Source of the DNA: Guillardia theta CCMP2712
Taxonomy: Eukaryota; Protista; Cryptophyta
Assembly (NCBI RefSeq): GCF_000315625.1
Contig: NW_005434617.1
Coordinates: 241,757 to 305,756, forward strand
Reading direction: 5' to 3'
DNA length: 64,000 bases
The translations under genes and the position numbers were made by a program. The notes beneath the pieces were generated by a model. It saw only the letters and a program-made list of their open reading frames with translations. It was not told the origin of the DNA and did no database searches. Shown here one piece after another: positions 14,374-26,438 of this stretch; the first letter of the stretch is position 1; the number at the start of each line of letters is the position of its first letter.

Positions 14374-15180
14374 GCATGTTATTTCTTTTTGTTGTATGAG
14401 ACATGGAGGTGTTGAGTCAAGTTTTTACTTTGATTAAACTCAACAATCAAGTCGAAAGCTGCCTTTGTTGAACTTCCATGACCTGGAAAACCTTCGTGTC
14501 TACTGTCCATGACTTGAAAACCTTCTTGTCAAGTGTAGACTTGATCTGTTGAATCTATTTCGACTCGAAACATGAAAATTCATGGTTCCGGGAAACGATG
14601 AAGGGCTAACAATCAGAGCAGCATCCAAGTTAGATTCGAATTGCACTAATGACTCTTACTAGTTTGCAGAACATGTGATGGATCCTGATCGTTGTTTCCC
14701 TGACGCTCTCTGGCAGGGAATGGACCATGCTTGTCCCATCAATATTTCACCTCAGTATCAGCAGGGGAGATTCCCCCGATATACCGCTAAATCAGGAAAA
14801 GGTTGCAAAATCATTGCAGGAACACCGTTCACATTCTGTTGCTCGCTGTGCGAATTGGAGATTGGTGCCATTATGAAAAATGAAAGGGGTTTGAAAAACT
14901 CAGTATCATCTTTCCGATCGAGACAGCTGCAAGGACGAACAGAGCCAACGAAGGCTACAGCCCAATACTTCAGGCGAGAGTCCTCATGTTGTGATGACCC
15001 TCCCGCGTGCATCAAGAATCCCTCCACACGGTTACAAACTTTCCATTTCTACCTCGGATCCTTAGTTTATCAGCAGCACCTGCCTTAGCAATGGTGGCGT
15101 CTTACCAACTTTTAAAGTGCATCAGATTTTTGAATGCGTTGAAAACTTCATTTTTCTGAAACATGTTTATGACGTAGAGG

Positions 15181-16358
15181 TCAGGACTTCTTTTGATAAC
15201 CTAAAAGCCTTTGGTGTTGCTTTCCTTCCTTCTCAGTCATATCACCAGGGCGAGGGCTCGAATAGTGTTGATCTGAAGACCTTGGCGAGAGAGTTCGGAT
15301 GAGCTTCACTGCGACCTCGAACACATTCGACAATTTCAACGAAACCTTTGAACTGCTCTTCTTCCTCTCAGCATCGTCAGGGATGTTGAGATTGTGTACT
15401 CGTATTCTTGGGAACAAAGCATCCTTGTTCTGTTCAGTCCTGATGCCGTCATTTGGCAGACCTGGATTCCCTGATAGAGGGTTATTGGTAACCATTTGAC
15501 TTTCCGACTTGGCAGATTTCAAGAGGTACAACATGAGTGGTTTATGCGACGACCGCGGCGAGAAAGCACAATCAGAAGCATTTGACAGTTTGTGCTTGAG
15601 TGAGAGCGACTTTCTTTCATGCTCGAGCATATCAAGCACCTCGAGTTTGTCAGAGGGAGACAGCTTCAGCTTCTCACACCACTCATTGCACTGATGGGTG
15701 TTGAAGAAGTCATACATCCCCTTCAACCCCCTGTTTCCGCAACCAAAACCATCCCCGTCAATCGTGTGAATCTGCGGGTCCGTCCACTCGCTCTCTGTAC
15801 CCTGGATGTCACAGATCAACAACTTCCCCTTGCTCCAAGTCCATGTGAAGTGGCTGAAGGCTTGAGGGATGGGGTTTGTCTTCTGCACGTAACCGTGATT
15901 GTTGTTGTACTTCTGAAACTCTCCGTCCAAGAACCTCTCCACAAAGGCATTCCTGCCATCCTCGAACTCCACGATGCATATTGGCAGGAAACTTACCTGC
16001 ACGCCCCTTGCTCTTGCTCGGAACTTTCTGCAGAGATCAACGCTGAGGACCTGCAGGATTCATTCAAAGTCAGTCAAAGTGCGAAACAAGGGCATCTTCT
16101 CCTCACCTGCCCGAGGGCCTCATCGAAGTACCTCGACGCATGGGAAGCCTTCTTGAAGTACTTGATCACATACGTCCGACCTTCCTCCTCTCCCTCCTTC
16201 CACGCCTTGTGGCAAACTCGGAACCCTCCATCGGCGAAGGGAAGCTTTGAAATCCTGTAGACGCACCGGCGTACTTGCCACCTCCCGCCTACTGACCGCA
16301 GGTAATACTCCTTCACTGCCTCCACGTTGCATTCGTCTCGGTTGCTGACGCTGAACAT
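15181..16358 (-). CDS. Alpha-kinase (eEF2K/myosin heavy chain kinase family); intron 16051-16106
   Basis: PFADGGFRVCHK, YVIKYF, VERFLDGEFQKYNNNHG, PQAFSHFTW, LLICDIQG, TDPQIHT, GFGCGNRG..G, FFNTHQCNEWC are alpha-kinase motifs; the 56-nt GT-AG intron joins the frames. Confidence 0.92.
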
Positions 16359-17139
16359 TTCAACCAGTCTCGTAGCACTTATGTGCAGCGCATGCTACAA
16401 CACAAGTCTTGACATGATCAGTGAGGAATGTTGGGAGAAGGGGACGTGGGTAAGAGCAGAATCTGAGAGGTGTGATCGGGTCTACCCAAAATGCTGTGAA
16501 ATAAAAATTGGGACAGAAGGAATTGATGGGATGTGGTGGAGCTAGAAAGAGAGCCTGAGGTAGAGGCAGGAGACTCAGATCAGGAAAAGAATTGAGAAGG
16601 AAATAATGCAGGCGTTGGTGAAACGAGATGAAGCGAACTCGGAAGAACTAAGCGAAGCAGCGAAAGCTGAATTTGGAAGGAACAGGTACAACAGGAGATG
16701 ACTGTGGAACAATACACTATGATGGAAGCAGAGAGGGAGAGGAGAAGAGAGCAGAGGAGGGGAGGAGAGAGCAGAGGAGAAGAGAGGAGGACAGTGAGGA
16801 AGAGAGAGAGTGAGGGAGACTCCGGGAGGAAGAGAGGGGAGAGGAGAGGAGAGTTGGAAGGAGCCTGATCTAAGCAAGTGTGGGGAACAATAATAACAAA
16901 CTCCTCCAGTCGGAAAATGACCAGGGGGTGGTCCTTTACGTTAGGGTACTAAGCGGGATAATTGGGGGTAGGGGTAGATACGGGCCCTAATCCATAAGCC
17001 GCCAGCAGCGGGTGGCATTATCTCAAGTTGGAGGTTGGATTCGAAATACTAGACTCATTTTTTGGAATTTTTAAGGCATTTCTAAATTTGAAGATTCTCA
17101 CTGTCAAATCTGATGCCTTTTTAACTAAACTTTGAGTCG

Positions 17140-17345
17140 TCATCATCGCAGGCTGATCGGCACGTGATCACTGTCACCCTCGGGCCCCGGTCGCCCCGGC
17201 TCTCAGCGGCAAGCTTCGGAAGTTTACTCCAAGTCAATAGTAAGTGAAAAATCAGTGAGAGCCCTCTCGGACTCCGAGCCTGGGCCCGGGGCCCATCGGC
17301 GTGCGGCAGTGCGGGGTAGGCCCGGCGTGGAAGTTCAGTCAACAG
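17140..17345. promoter_or_regulatory. GC-rich island between divergent gene starts
   Basis: GGGCCCGG, CTCCGAG and GGCAGTGC words shared with the other islands; sits between the alpha-kinase start (-) and the 17703 gene start (+). Confidence 0.45.
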
Positions 17346-17702
17346 TGTCCTACCTGGTACGGTACCCCCCACCCACATAGCCTACTAGCCTAGTAGCATC
17401 GGCTTGCAAGTTGTGGTCAAATAGTACCCTACCACCTGAGACTCGACTCCCATCGGTTCACTCTCATCACCCACCATATATCAGGGTCAAGATGGGGTAT
17501 GAGCCCAGATTATTGTGACCCACCCCTGGAACAACGATGACCCTACCCTCCCGTGATTGGTGCGGTACCCCTGAGGCAGACCTTCTTGGTTCCGCGCCAA
17601 GAAAATCAGCCCACTGCTATGGCATGATGAGACGTTCGCGCGACTATGAAAGCTGACAACGCACAGGATTGTAAGGGAGTTGCTGGCTAAGATTCGAGGA
17701 GG

Positions 17703-20375
17703 ATGAAGAGCTCTGGAGCAGTAGGCAGAGTGGGCAGCTCCTCCTTGTATGATGGTAAGAGGAGCTACACTGGTTTCCTTCCCAGCAGCAGGTCTTTGAA
17801 ACTCCGTCGAACATTTTCGAAAGCTTCGGAGAACTCGAAAACAGACAAGCACCAAATGGGCTTAAACTCAACCAGTATGGTTGTAGATAAACAAGAACTG
17901 GACCAAGTTAAGAAGTTGCTCTTTGACGGCTTACAAATCACTTACGAAACTTACGCAAACTGTGGGATTCATTCAGAAAAATGTGGAAAATGTTTTGATG
18001 CATTGATAAATTCGTTTTCGGCATTCAGAAATCTCTGCAATCAATTTGAAGATGATCTAGAGATGGAGCGCAATGTCATTTCATTTGAATCACGTCAATG
18101 GTTTGAGTTCATTCTGTATTCGCAGAAGTACTTCAATGAAGCAACGATTGAGGTTTCACGGATGATTCATGCAAGCGAGAAACAAGACTTGATTCAGATC
18201 TTAATACATTGGTCATCTTCGCGGTATGATCTTGGAGTCTTAGCACAAGGTGTCAACTCGAAGTTGGGAGAAAGAATCTCCTTGGTTGCTGCGCACTGTT
18301 GCGAATTCAGCCATGCATTGATGGAGAGTTCGATCAAGCACGATGCCGCGACATTCTCTATCGCAAAGATCATAAGTGAGCCATATGAAGCCAAAGGCTA
18401 TCTTTTTCTCAAAACATTCAAGGAATCATTGGCATCCGGTAAGTTGGATCCAAACTCATCATTTGCAACTCTCATCCAAGCAAGGTCTGCCTTCGATAAA
18501 TATCATCAATCTCTCAAGATACAGAAACATGTTGGAGAGGAGAAGAGATTCACAGATAAAACAGAATGTAGCCCAGAAGACGAGCAGACAGAAGATCTGC
18601 AAGCTGCTCTCTGCAAGCTTGAGGAGCTCATCTTGACGCAAAAGTCCCTGGAAGCCAGACTCACCTCGGTGCAGAGAGAAATACATGTTCAGACACGGGC
18701 ATTGCAACATGAACAGAGGTGTGAAGAAATTCTCAATCATGTTTCAAGTCATCGCCTCGATCTTTGCTTTGAAGAAAACATCCACAGCCAGGACATGGAG
18801 TTGAATGTGCGAAGCAATGCGAATCTTGCTACGCAAATAGCGAAATTCGTATCTGATTCGAGCGCATCAGTGCATGGCGAGTTGTATAAGATCATCATAA
18901 AGTCCCTGAGGAAGGAGTTTGAATCTGTGACCAGTCTGGTTTCAGACGAGCTTGCTTTGATGCAATCAATCAATGTCAACGCTGATTGCTTTAAACTCGA
19001 TTCGAAAGTGAAAGAAAGCTTCTCTTCATTCTGTATGGAAGACTGGGTGACATCTGCAAGACAGCAAAACGAATTGTTTGAAATTTGTCAATATCTTTCG
19101 ATTCTTCTTCAAGATTGCAAGGACCTTAGACCCAATTCTGATGAGCTTGCAAAACTTGTTGAAACGTACCTCCATGACTTGAATGCACAGAGAAATCGCA
19201 TCAACCAACAGTTCTCGTTAGTTCCGAGCTACAGAAATTCACCAAAGGTTGTCAAAGGCATGCAAAAGAAATGTTGGATTGTAGGTTTACTACAAGACCA
19301 GGAGAACAGCGCTACTTTTCACGATTGTATTTCTTATATTCTAGATGTTGACAAGGCAATGCAGAAAGCTGTCCATATAAAGCACAACGGCGATGTTTTG
19401 AAGGATTTATTCTATACGCCTACATCGATGCTGGATTCTCAGGCTCCTTCAAACTCACTGTTGACATTGCATGGCCTGGTAAATCATGTGCAATTTGCCT
19501 GGAGCTAAACTAACTTGCGTTTCCTGAACAGGCAAGCGCTGCTATGAAATTTCAAAACTTTAGACTCAAGTCCTATAACGCTGCAGAATCTGACTATAGT
19601 TGCAAAACTAGCTTTCGCTATTCATCAACAATGTGCAAAGTTCTTGATTCTGTGGTTCAATCAGAATCATGTAATTCAGTCATTCTTGGGGATTGGAGCT
19701 CAACTTCTCGATATAACCAGAATTTCTCAAAAGTGTACTTTACTGTTGCCTTATGTACAGCGATTTCTCATTGTAGAATACAATATCCTTGGATGACAAG
19801 AATCTGCATATTTAGCCTTTCAAAACAAAACTTCTTGGAACCGGTATGTATTTTGCTTGGTTGCCGCTTTGGAGGGCTGTGACGCCTATTTATTTCAGGG
19901 CCTTTCTGACCCCGAGATCATGCAAATCAATGCGTCTTGCGTGTTTGAGGTGGAAACGGATCCCTCAGCAATGGCTGAGAGCAGTTCAAGAGACAAAGAG
20001 AACGATTCTGATCCACTTACAATTCCTTTTAGACAAATGCTGACCCAGGTAGAAGAATTCCGACCAGATTTGATATTGGCTGTATACGACTTACAATCCA
20101 TCGAGTCATTTGATGCAATGGAGATGAGACAAGAATATTCTCGCGAAGATTATCGTCGCTTCTACTTGCATTGTTGCAAACTTCAAGAAACAGCAAGGAG
20201 GCTTTGTAATGATAAGATTATCTACATTTCCAGCCCCGTGGCGGCTTCAGAAACGTACGAGCTTGCAAACAGTCTGAAAATGGTAACGAGAGAATCCATC
20301 CCACGGTCAGACTCAACCAGTGACATTGAAACCATCAGGTTCGGACTCTCCGATGCATCATGGGCGCGTGTTTAG
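17703..20375 (+). CDS. Large protein with a helical/coiled-coil N-terminus and a degenerate HDAC-like C-terminal domain; join(17703-19478,19532-19843,19899-20375), may continue downstream
   Basis: Two phase-0 GT-AG introns (53 and 55 nt) join three ORFs in frame. MCKVLDSVV..., CRIQYPWMTRICIF, VEEFRPDLILAVYD and ARRLCNDKIIYI resemble the class II HDAC scaffold. Confidence 0.7.
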
Positions 20376-20519
20376 GATGCGAAGGAGCAGACGAGGATTT
20401 GCTCCCATGGCCGGTGATGAGTGACGAAGTAGCTGCGATGGACGTTGATCAGTCTCTTGACTCCTCTGGTGCCTTTTTTGAGTAAATCCTAGCTCCGCTC
20501 GGCGTAAGTTGGGGTTACA

Positions 20520-21475
20520 GACGAAGTGGAGGAGAGTGAAACGAGCGGCTTGCGGGGGCAGCACGACATGGAGGCGTCAGCGAATATTTCCAACGAGCCG
20601 TCTATCAGTGTCGCATCTTCAGAATCTGATGAGGTGAAAAGTGCTGAGCAAGAGGAAGACGGTCTTCTCAGTCTCGTTGCCATGCTCAGGTGGACGAGGA
20701 GTTGCAGGCAGACGAAGAGGATACAGAACCGCACGAGGGATCCTCGGTTCCTCCTCCTCCTCCTCCTCCTCCTCCTCCTCCCCCTCCCCCTCCCCCTCCC
20801 CCTCCTCCTCCTCCTCCTCTTCCTCCTCCTCCTCCTCCTCCTCTATCACTCACCTTGATGCACTGACGCATTGCAGGCGGACAACGAGTACATTCCTTCC
20901 TCCTCCAAGAAATCTGAAAGACCAGCGACGAAGAAGAAGGCTGACTCTAGAGCTCCTTCGCGTTTCTGGCGACCCCCTCCCACTGACAACGAGCCTGTCT
21001 TCCAAGCTGCTGGAATGCTGCTGGACCTTGCGGACCGCATCCCGTACAACTCAGTGAAGGAGCCGAAGGCTAGCGTGTGGGAGAACTTTCGGGTGACCAC
21101 GGAAGCATGCAACTCAGCGAGAGCGGTTGGCCCCCATCCTTGCCAGCGTGCGATAGGAGTGATGGCTGGCTGCAGGTAGCAGAGAAGCTGCTGTGGTTCT
21201 CGGAGCAGCTTGTTCCAAGGATCATCAAGAAGGGATGGACGGAGGGAGGTGCTGCTGCTGCTTCTGTTGCTTCTGAAGGGATTGCACGTGACCTGGAAGT
21301 GTTGCAGGAGAAGAGGCATGTCAGAAGGAGAAGTGGGAGGAATTTTGTAGGAACTGCTCGCAAAGGGAGGAGGTCGGTGGAAGAACCTTGTTGCAAGGCC
21401 AGCAGCTGATCTCCGATGACAGATTGTGAATGCGCTGCGACAGTTTGAGAGGCTGGCGATCGACTGGGACGAGGT
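20520..21475 (+). CDS. Exons encoding a WSD/MBD9-C-terminal-like helical module; continuation of the 17703 gene or a separate gene
   Basis: AGMLLDLADRIPYNSV...VWENFR / VAEKLLWFSEQLVPRIIKKGW / NALRQFERLAIDWDE resemble the LLD.EA.LP...WR..V...LE..I...W...L..LD.AI pattern of DDT-associated chromatin proteins. Confidence 0.4.
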
Positions 21476-21778
21476 GAGAGGGAGGAAGGAGTGGAGGGGG
21501 GGGGGGAGAGAGCGATGGAGCAGGGAGAGGGACGGAGTAGGGAGGGGACGGAGTAGGGAGGGGACGGAGGAGCTAAGGGGGGCCACAGGTGTCTGCAGCC
21601 TTCAGGGAAGAGTGGCAGTCGCAGAGGAGCAAGAAGAGCTCATCCAAGGGGAAGCGCAAGGCGCTGTCGCAGAGGGAGGAGGTAGCGCTAGCAGCAACAA
21701 CACAGGTCACGTCACCTTCCGTTCCTCCTCGTTGACCGAGAGGCTGCAAGCTCCTGACGCTGGTCAACAGCTTGGTAA

Positions 21779-23830
21779 CTATGTGACCGATGAAGCATCC
21801 GAGGTCGACACCGTCAAGGTGGAGAAGAGGGTGAGCATGGCGGGGGTCGCGGTGACAGGGAGCGGGTGATAGCTTGGGGCTCGCAGGTGGCTCCCTTGAT
21901 CTTTGGGGTCGACGGAGAAGTTCTCGGCCTGGCTGAGCATGAGGGAAAGAGCTGAGAACCGTCTCACTGCTCCTCCTCTCATCTCGCTCCTCCTCCTCCT
22001 CCTCCTCCTCCTCTCGCCCATTGGTATGCGAGAGGCTCTTTATTCGATATGTACACGTTCATCATGCCGCCTTCTTGCCGGGTGTCAGTGAGAGGGAGGG
22101 AGGGGAGGGAGGAGAGTCAGTTGAGATCAGCAGAGCGTGACAACGTCCACGGGAGAACCAGCGCCTCCTGCCTTGCTCCATCCATCCTGCTCGGCATGAC
22201 ATGGAGCTGGTCAGGCAGAGGGGAGGAGGGGTTTGAAAGGGGAGGAGGGCATGCACGGGAAAATCGACAACGCCTTGACCAGGAAGAGAAGCAGGAAGCG
22301 AGGACGAGGTAGGGAGGGAGGGAGGGAGAGGGAACTAGTCGGCTAGAGAGGAGGGGGAGCAAGGGAGCAAGGGAGCTCACCTTCGGCTTCATGATATTCG
22401 TGCTCTTCTCTTCCATGGAGACGTTAAGACTCTTGCGAGCTGTCGAGACGTCAGCCGGTGACGAGGAGCAGCGACGAGGAGCAAGTAGCCCACCTTGTGA
22501 TGCCTGCTGGGAGAGAGCTTCGAGCTCTGCCAGCTCTGCCAGCAGGTTTGCCGTCTTCTCGCTGCCCTTGTCCTGCCCCCGGGCGCTATCCTTGCGAACA
22601 TTTCGTCGCCGGGAGGGAGAGGGCGAGGGGAGGGACTGCAGCTCCTTCGTCTCCGAGTCGATGGAGTCGTTGAGGACGCTAACCTCGAGGTTCAGCAGGT
22701 CGTCCATCATCGCCTGCACCTCCTCTTGGCTCTTCTCCGAGGAGCTGTTGTGCTCGTCGAAGGACAGCAGGTGGGAGGTATTGCCTGTGTAGCCTGTGCC
22801 ATGGCTGCGTGAGCGAGCGAGCACGGGAGAGGGAGGGGGGAGGGGGGAGGGAGAAGTGTTCCTACCTGAGTCTTCCAAACTCCTGTGGAAGTGCGACTTT
22901 GTGACGGATGTCGCGATGCCCTTTACGACTCGTCCCACAGCCTTGCGGAAGATTCGTCCTGAAAGGGAGTGAGGGAGGAGGAGCATGAGGAGGGGAGGGC
23001 TTGCCTGACAGGCAGTCGATGCTCTGGTTGTAATACTCGTGCTCGATCCCAATCAGCGAGTGATCGGGGCTAGCAGGCACTCTTACTTCCCCTCCTCCTC
23101 TCAGTGCGGCATTCAGCTACCTCGTTGAGTCGTCCAAGTTCGCCTTCTCAAACTTGATCTCGTTGTTGAACCCCCGGGTCTTGAAGCCCAGGTCTGCCTC
23201 GATGATGCTGCTGTCCTCCATCGGCGTCGACTGACTGCTGTTGGGGCTCGACGCCTCGTGCTTGCTGTGCTCTGCTCGCCGTCGCAGCGCCGCTCGCTTC
23301 TGCCGCTCGAGCTCTTTGAGCTTGTTTTGCAGCATCTCCCTCTTCTTTAGGATCCTCAGCTTCTCCTTCAGGAGCTCCCGCTTCTGGATCAATCGCCTCA
23401 GCTCACTGAGCTCGTCTTGATCCAGATCTCTGCTGCTCGCCTCCTCCTCCACTCCCCCTGCTGTGTACTCAGCGTAACCCTGCGTGTTGTTGGCCAATCG
23501 GTCGAGCTCCTCTAGCTCTTTTAGGATCGCGTCTGCTGTCTCTCCTTCACCTCCCTCGTCGCCGTCATCCTCCTCGCTGTCGTCGTTTCCTCCAGCTCCC
23601 TCCAGCTTCATGATGCTCGCTAGCTCGTCCAGCTCTTTGAGCTGCAGCAACACACTCTCCTCGTCGCTGTCCATGCTACTAGTGGAACCTGCAATGGGCA
23701 TGAGCTCACTAGACCCGTCAAGTCTTCTGCTCATCTCCTCTACGTCAGTGTCGATGAGCAACCAATGCTCTTGCAATGACGGACGCAGAAAGTTGTAGAC
23801 TTCAAAACATCCCACTGTCTTTCTGCTCAA
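21779..23830 (-). CDS. Multi-exon acidic/coiled-coil protein of unknown function
   Basis: ORF 23117-23830 and exon 22380-22865 have gene-like codon usage, a coiled coil (LRRLIQKRELLKEKLRILKKREMLQNKLKELE) and repeated LxELxELxxL helices. Confidence 0.55.
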
Positions 23831-24823
23831 CTAAAGTCCTTCCCCCTTCCTTGCTGCCTGATCTTGGCCTCATTGCATGTCGCCTGTATTTCACTTCCTT
23901 GCCCCACTTCCTCTTCCTCTGATTCCCCTCCCGCCTTCCCAACCATCCTGACTCCCTTCCACCATCGAATATCTCGTGGGCGACAGCAAAACTTGCAGGT
24001 TTTGTGTTTCCACCATCCCAGCTACACATCATTGAACTCTAAACGTCTTCCTTGTCCGCGTAGCTATCCGAGACCATCGTTTTCAAACCCTGACTCATCC
24101 ATCACAAGCACACAATCTGCTCTTCATGGAAGGCCTTGCCTGCACCAGATCGACGCTACGTGATCCAGTTTGTTCCCGACTCTGATCTCAAGGTCATTTT
24201 CAATCTTTATCGACCTTGCAGGCATCTACATCTCTCCTAAAACAAGAGCTCCTTACAAACATGCGCTGGAGTGCAGCTACATTTCATTCTTCTCCTTCCT
24301 CTTTCTCCTCTCTTGCTCCCCTCCTCCTTCCTTTCTCTCCTCCTTCCTGTACTCTGTCCACCATGTCCCTGTTCAATACTTGTGCACCACCCCACCCTAA
24401 ATAATTTCTCCTTTCCTGGCAACCCCTGTTATTCGTGGACCCCCTCTATTTCAGTCGGCCCTCCATGTCAAGTACCCCATCATTTCCAAATATTTGTACC
24501 AAACAAGACCCACCCCTCTGGTGGATTTCTGTACCCCCACCCTGGATTCAAGTAGGCATTGTCTAGAAATACCGTTGATGATCCAGGGGTCCTAAAGTGC
24601 GGCCCTCCGACCCACCCTACCCCTCCTCGAAGATACTCTTAACCCCTTCAAAGACCTCCATCTACCCACCCCTCTCACCGCGCCTCATTTGAACCCGGGG
24701 GTGCAGATCACGGGAGTGTCTTCCTGAGTGCCAGACCCACCTTTCCATCCCGTGACCCCACCCCCAATTATCTGCCTAATTTGACGGGTCCCTGATGGGA
24801 GAAAGGGTCTGGCTCTAGAGCAT

Positions 24824-25200
24824 ATGGACTCTTGCCGCCTCAGAACTTCATCGGCGAGCCAGACTGAGCCTCCGGCTCACCCAGTGATGAAGGCCCGGGC
24901 CCGGACCGGGGACCGGGAGGCTCGGAGGCCCGCCGATTCAACTCAGGGAGCGGCCGCTGTGCTGCGGCAGTGCCGGGCGGCCCGCGCGGCCGGGCGGGGC
25001 CCAGCGGGCCGTCCGACGCCGACGGTGGCGTGACAGGCTGTGGCATCCGGGACTGACTACTTCAAGGAACTTTCACTATTTTGCCAGGGCCGGGCCCGGG
25101 CGGCCTCAGGGCCTGCCAGCGGCCCGTACCGGCCGCAAGTGACCGTGTACTCGCCATGCATCGGCCCATGATCGCGGCCGTGACAGCGGGAACTTTCACT
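24824..25200. promoter_or_regulatory. GC-rich island between divergent gene starts
   Basis: Dense in GGCC/CCGG; shares words with the other islands. Confidence 0.5.
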
Positions 25201-25235
25201 GAGTCAAGCCAAGTTTGGAAAACTCGTATGAAAGT

Positions 25236-26300
25236 ATGAAAGAGTCCCAGCCCGCGCCAAAGGTGAATCGAATCAGTGACTGATCTTCGAAGTTCTGCGC
25301 GCCCGGTGATTCACAATCCTCGACACTTACCTGCGTTGGAGGGTTCATAATCAGAGTGTTGATGTTCCTGTTCCAATCCTCCACACCCTGGTTGACACGG
25401 GGGGTGCAAACTAAGTGAACTCTACTCTTCGGAAGATATGCTGTGCATAAAATCGATCGCCTGCGAGAAACTGTTCTTCCTGAGATTGACAGCAGTCGAC
25501 GTGAATGTTATTGTCTGTCTTCGCAACACCCGGTTCCACACGGTGTTCCTGATGCCAAAGTCCCTTACCGTGTCCTGAATAAAAGAGAAGGATTTGTGCA
25601 AGTCCTGGTCCACCAACCCGCGTGGGTTGTAGGTGGGAGACATGAGTCGTCTGAGAATAGTGTCCACCACGTCCATGGCAGAGTCGTCGTGGGGCACACA
25701 GAAACGGGTCGTCTTATACAGAGGCCCTCCCCTCAGAAAATATCTAGCACAATTGAGACAAATCAAGAAGAAAATTGCAGCACATTTTCAGCACCATTGA
25801 AGCACGTGCTTGAATTGTGCTGATAAAACACCGCACGGTGTCCCTTATACATACAACACAGCGGAACTGAAGCTCTTTGACCCGTCAAGAATAGAACCTC
25901 GAGGATCACTAAGATTGCCCTCAGGCAGCCGAGGAACGATGCTGCCAAGGAACACTTGAAGAGCGTTACACTCCCGGAAGTCAAGGAATCCATCAAGGCA
26001 TCCTTCGGTGAGTACATCATGTACGAGAACCGGAGCAACAGCAAGAAGAGGATTTTCATCATCGTGGACAAGATCGAGACATTCGAATACCGTGATAGAT
26101 CGCACTCCATTGATATCGGGACCGTGCAGGACATCAACAAGGGGATGGACTACATATGCCTCAACTGCTGCTCCATCCCTCCCTCCCCTGGCATCAGTTC
26201 TTTTCTCTTTCCCCCACATCTTCTTGCCGTGAGGAAACTTGCCAAGCAGGTAGAGGGCTGCAGATGTCGCGGAAGGGTAAGGGCTCACAAGTTCAGCGCA
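25236..26300 (+). CDS. Possible multi-exon gene with an OB-fold-like segment
   Basis: Exon ~25900-26140 (LPEVKESIKASFGEYIMYENRSNSKKRIFIIVDKIETFEY...IDIGTVQDINK) resembles the C-terminal half of RPA70N/TPP1-type OB folds; other exons unresolved. Confidence 0.3.
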
Positions 26301-26438
26301 TCGAATACCCAGAGACCTCTGAGCGGGAGAGCTAGCGGGTCTCGTTGCTTTGATTACATTTTCATCCTTGCAAATAATATAGCACGGACGCGGGGAACTA
26401 TTCACATGCTCCTTTCCCCGCGCCTTATAGTGTGTACA

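Noticed and set aside
14675-15088. 137-aa plus-strand ORF
   Set aside because: Non-ATG start in the track, no recognisable motif or codon bias; lies between convergent 3' ends.
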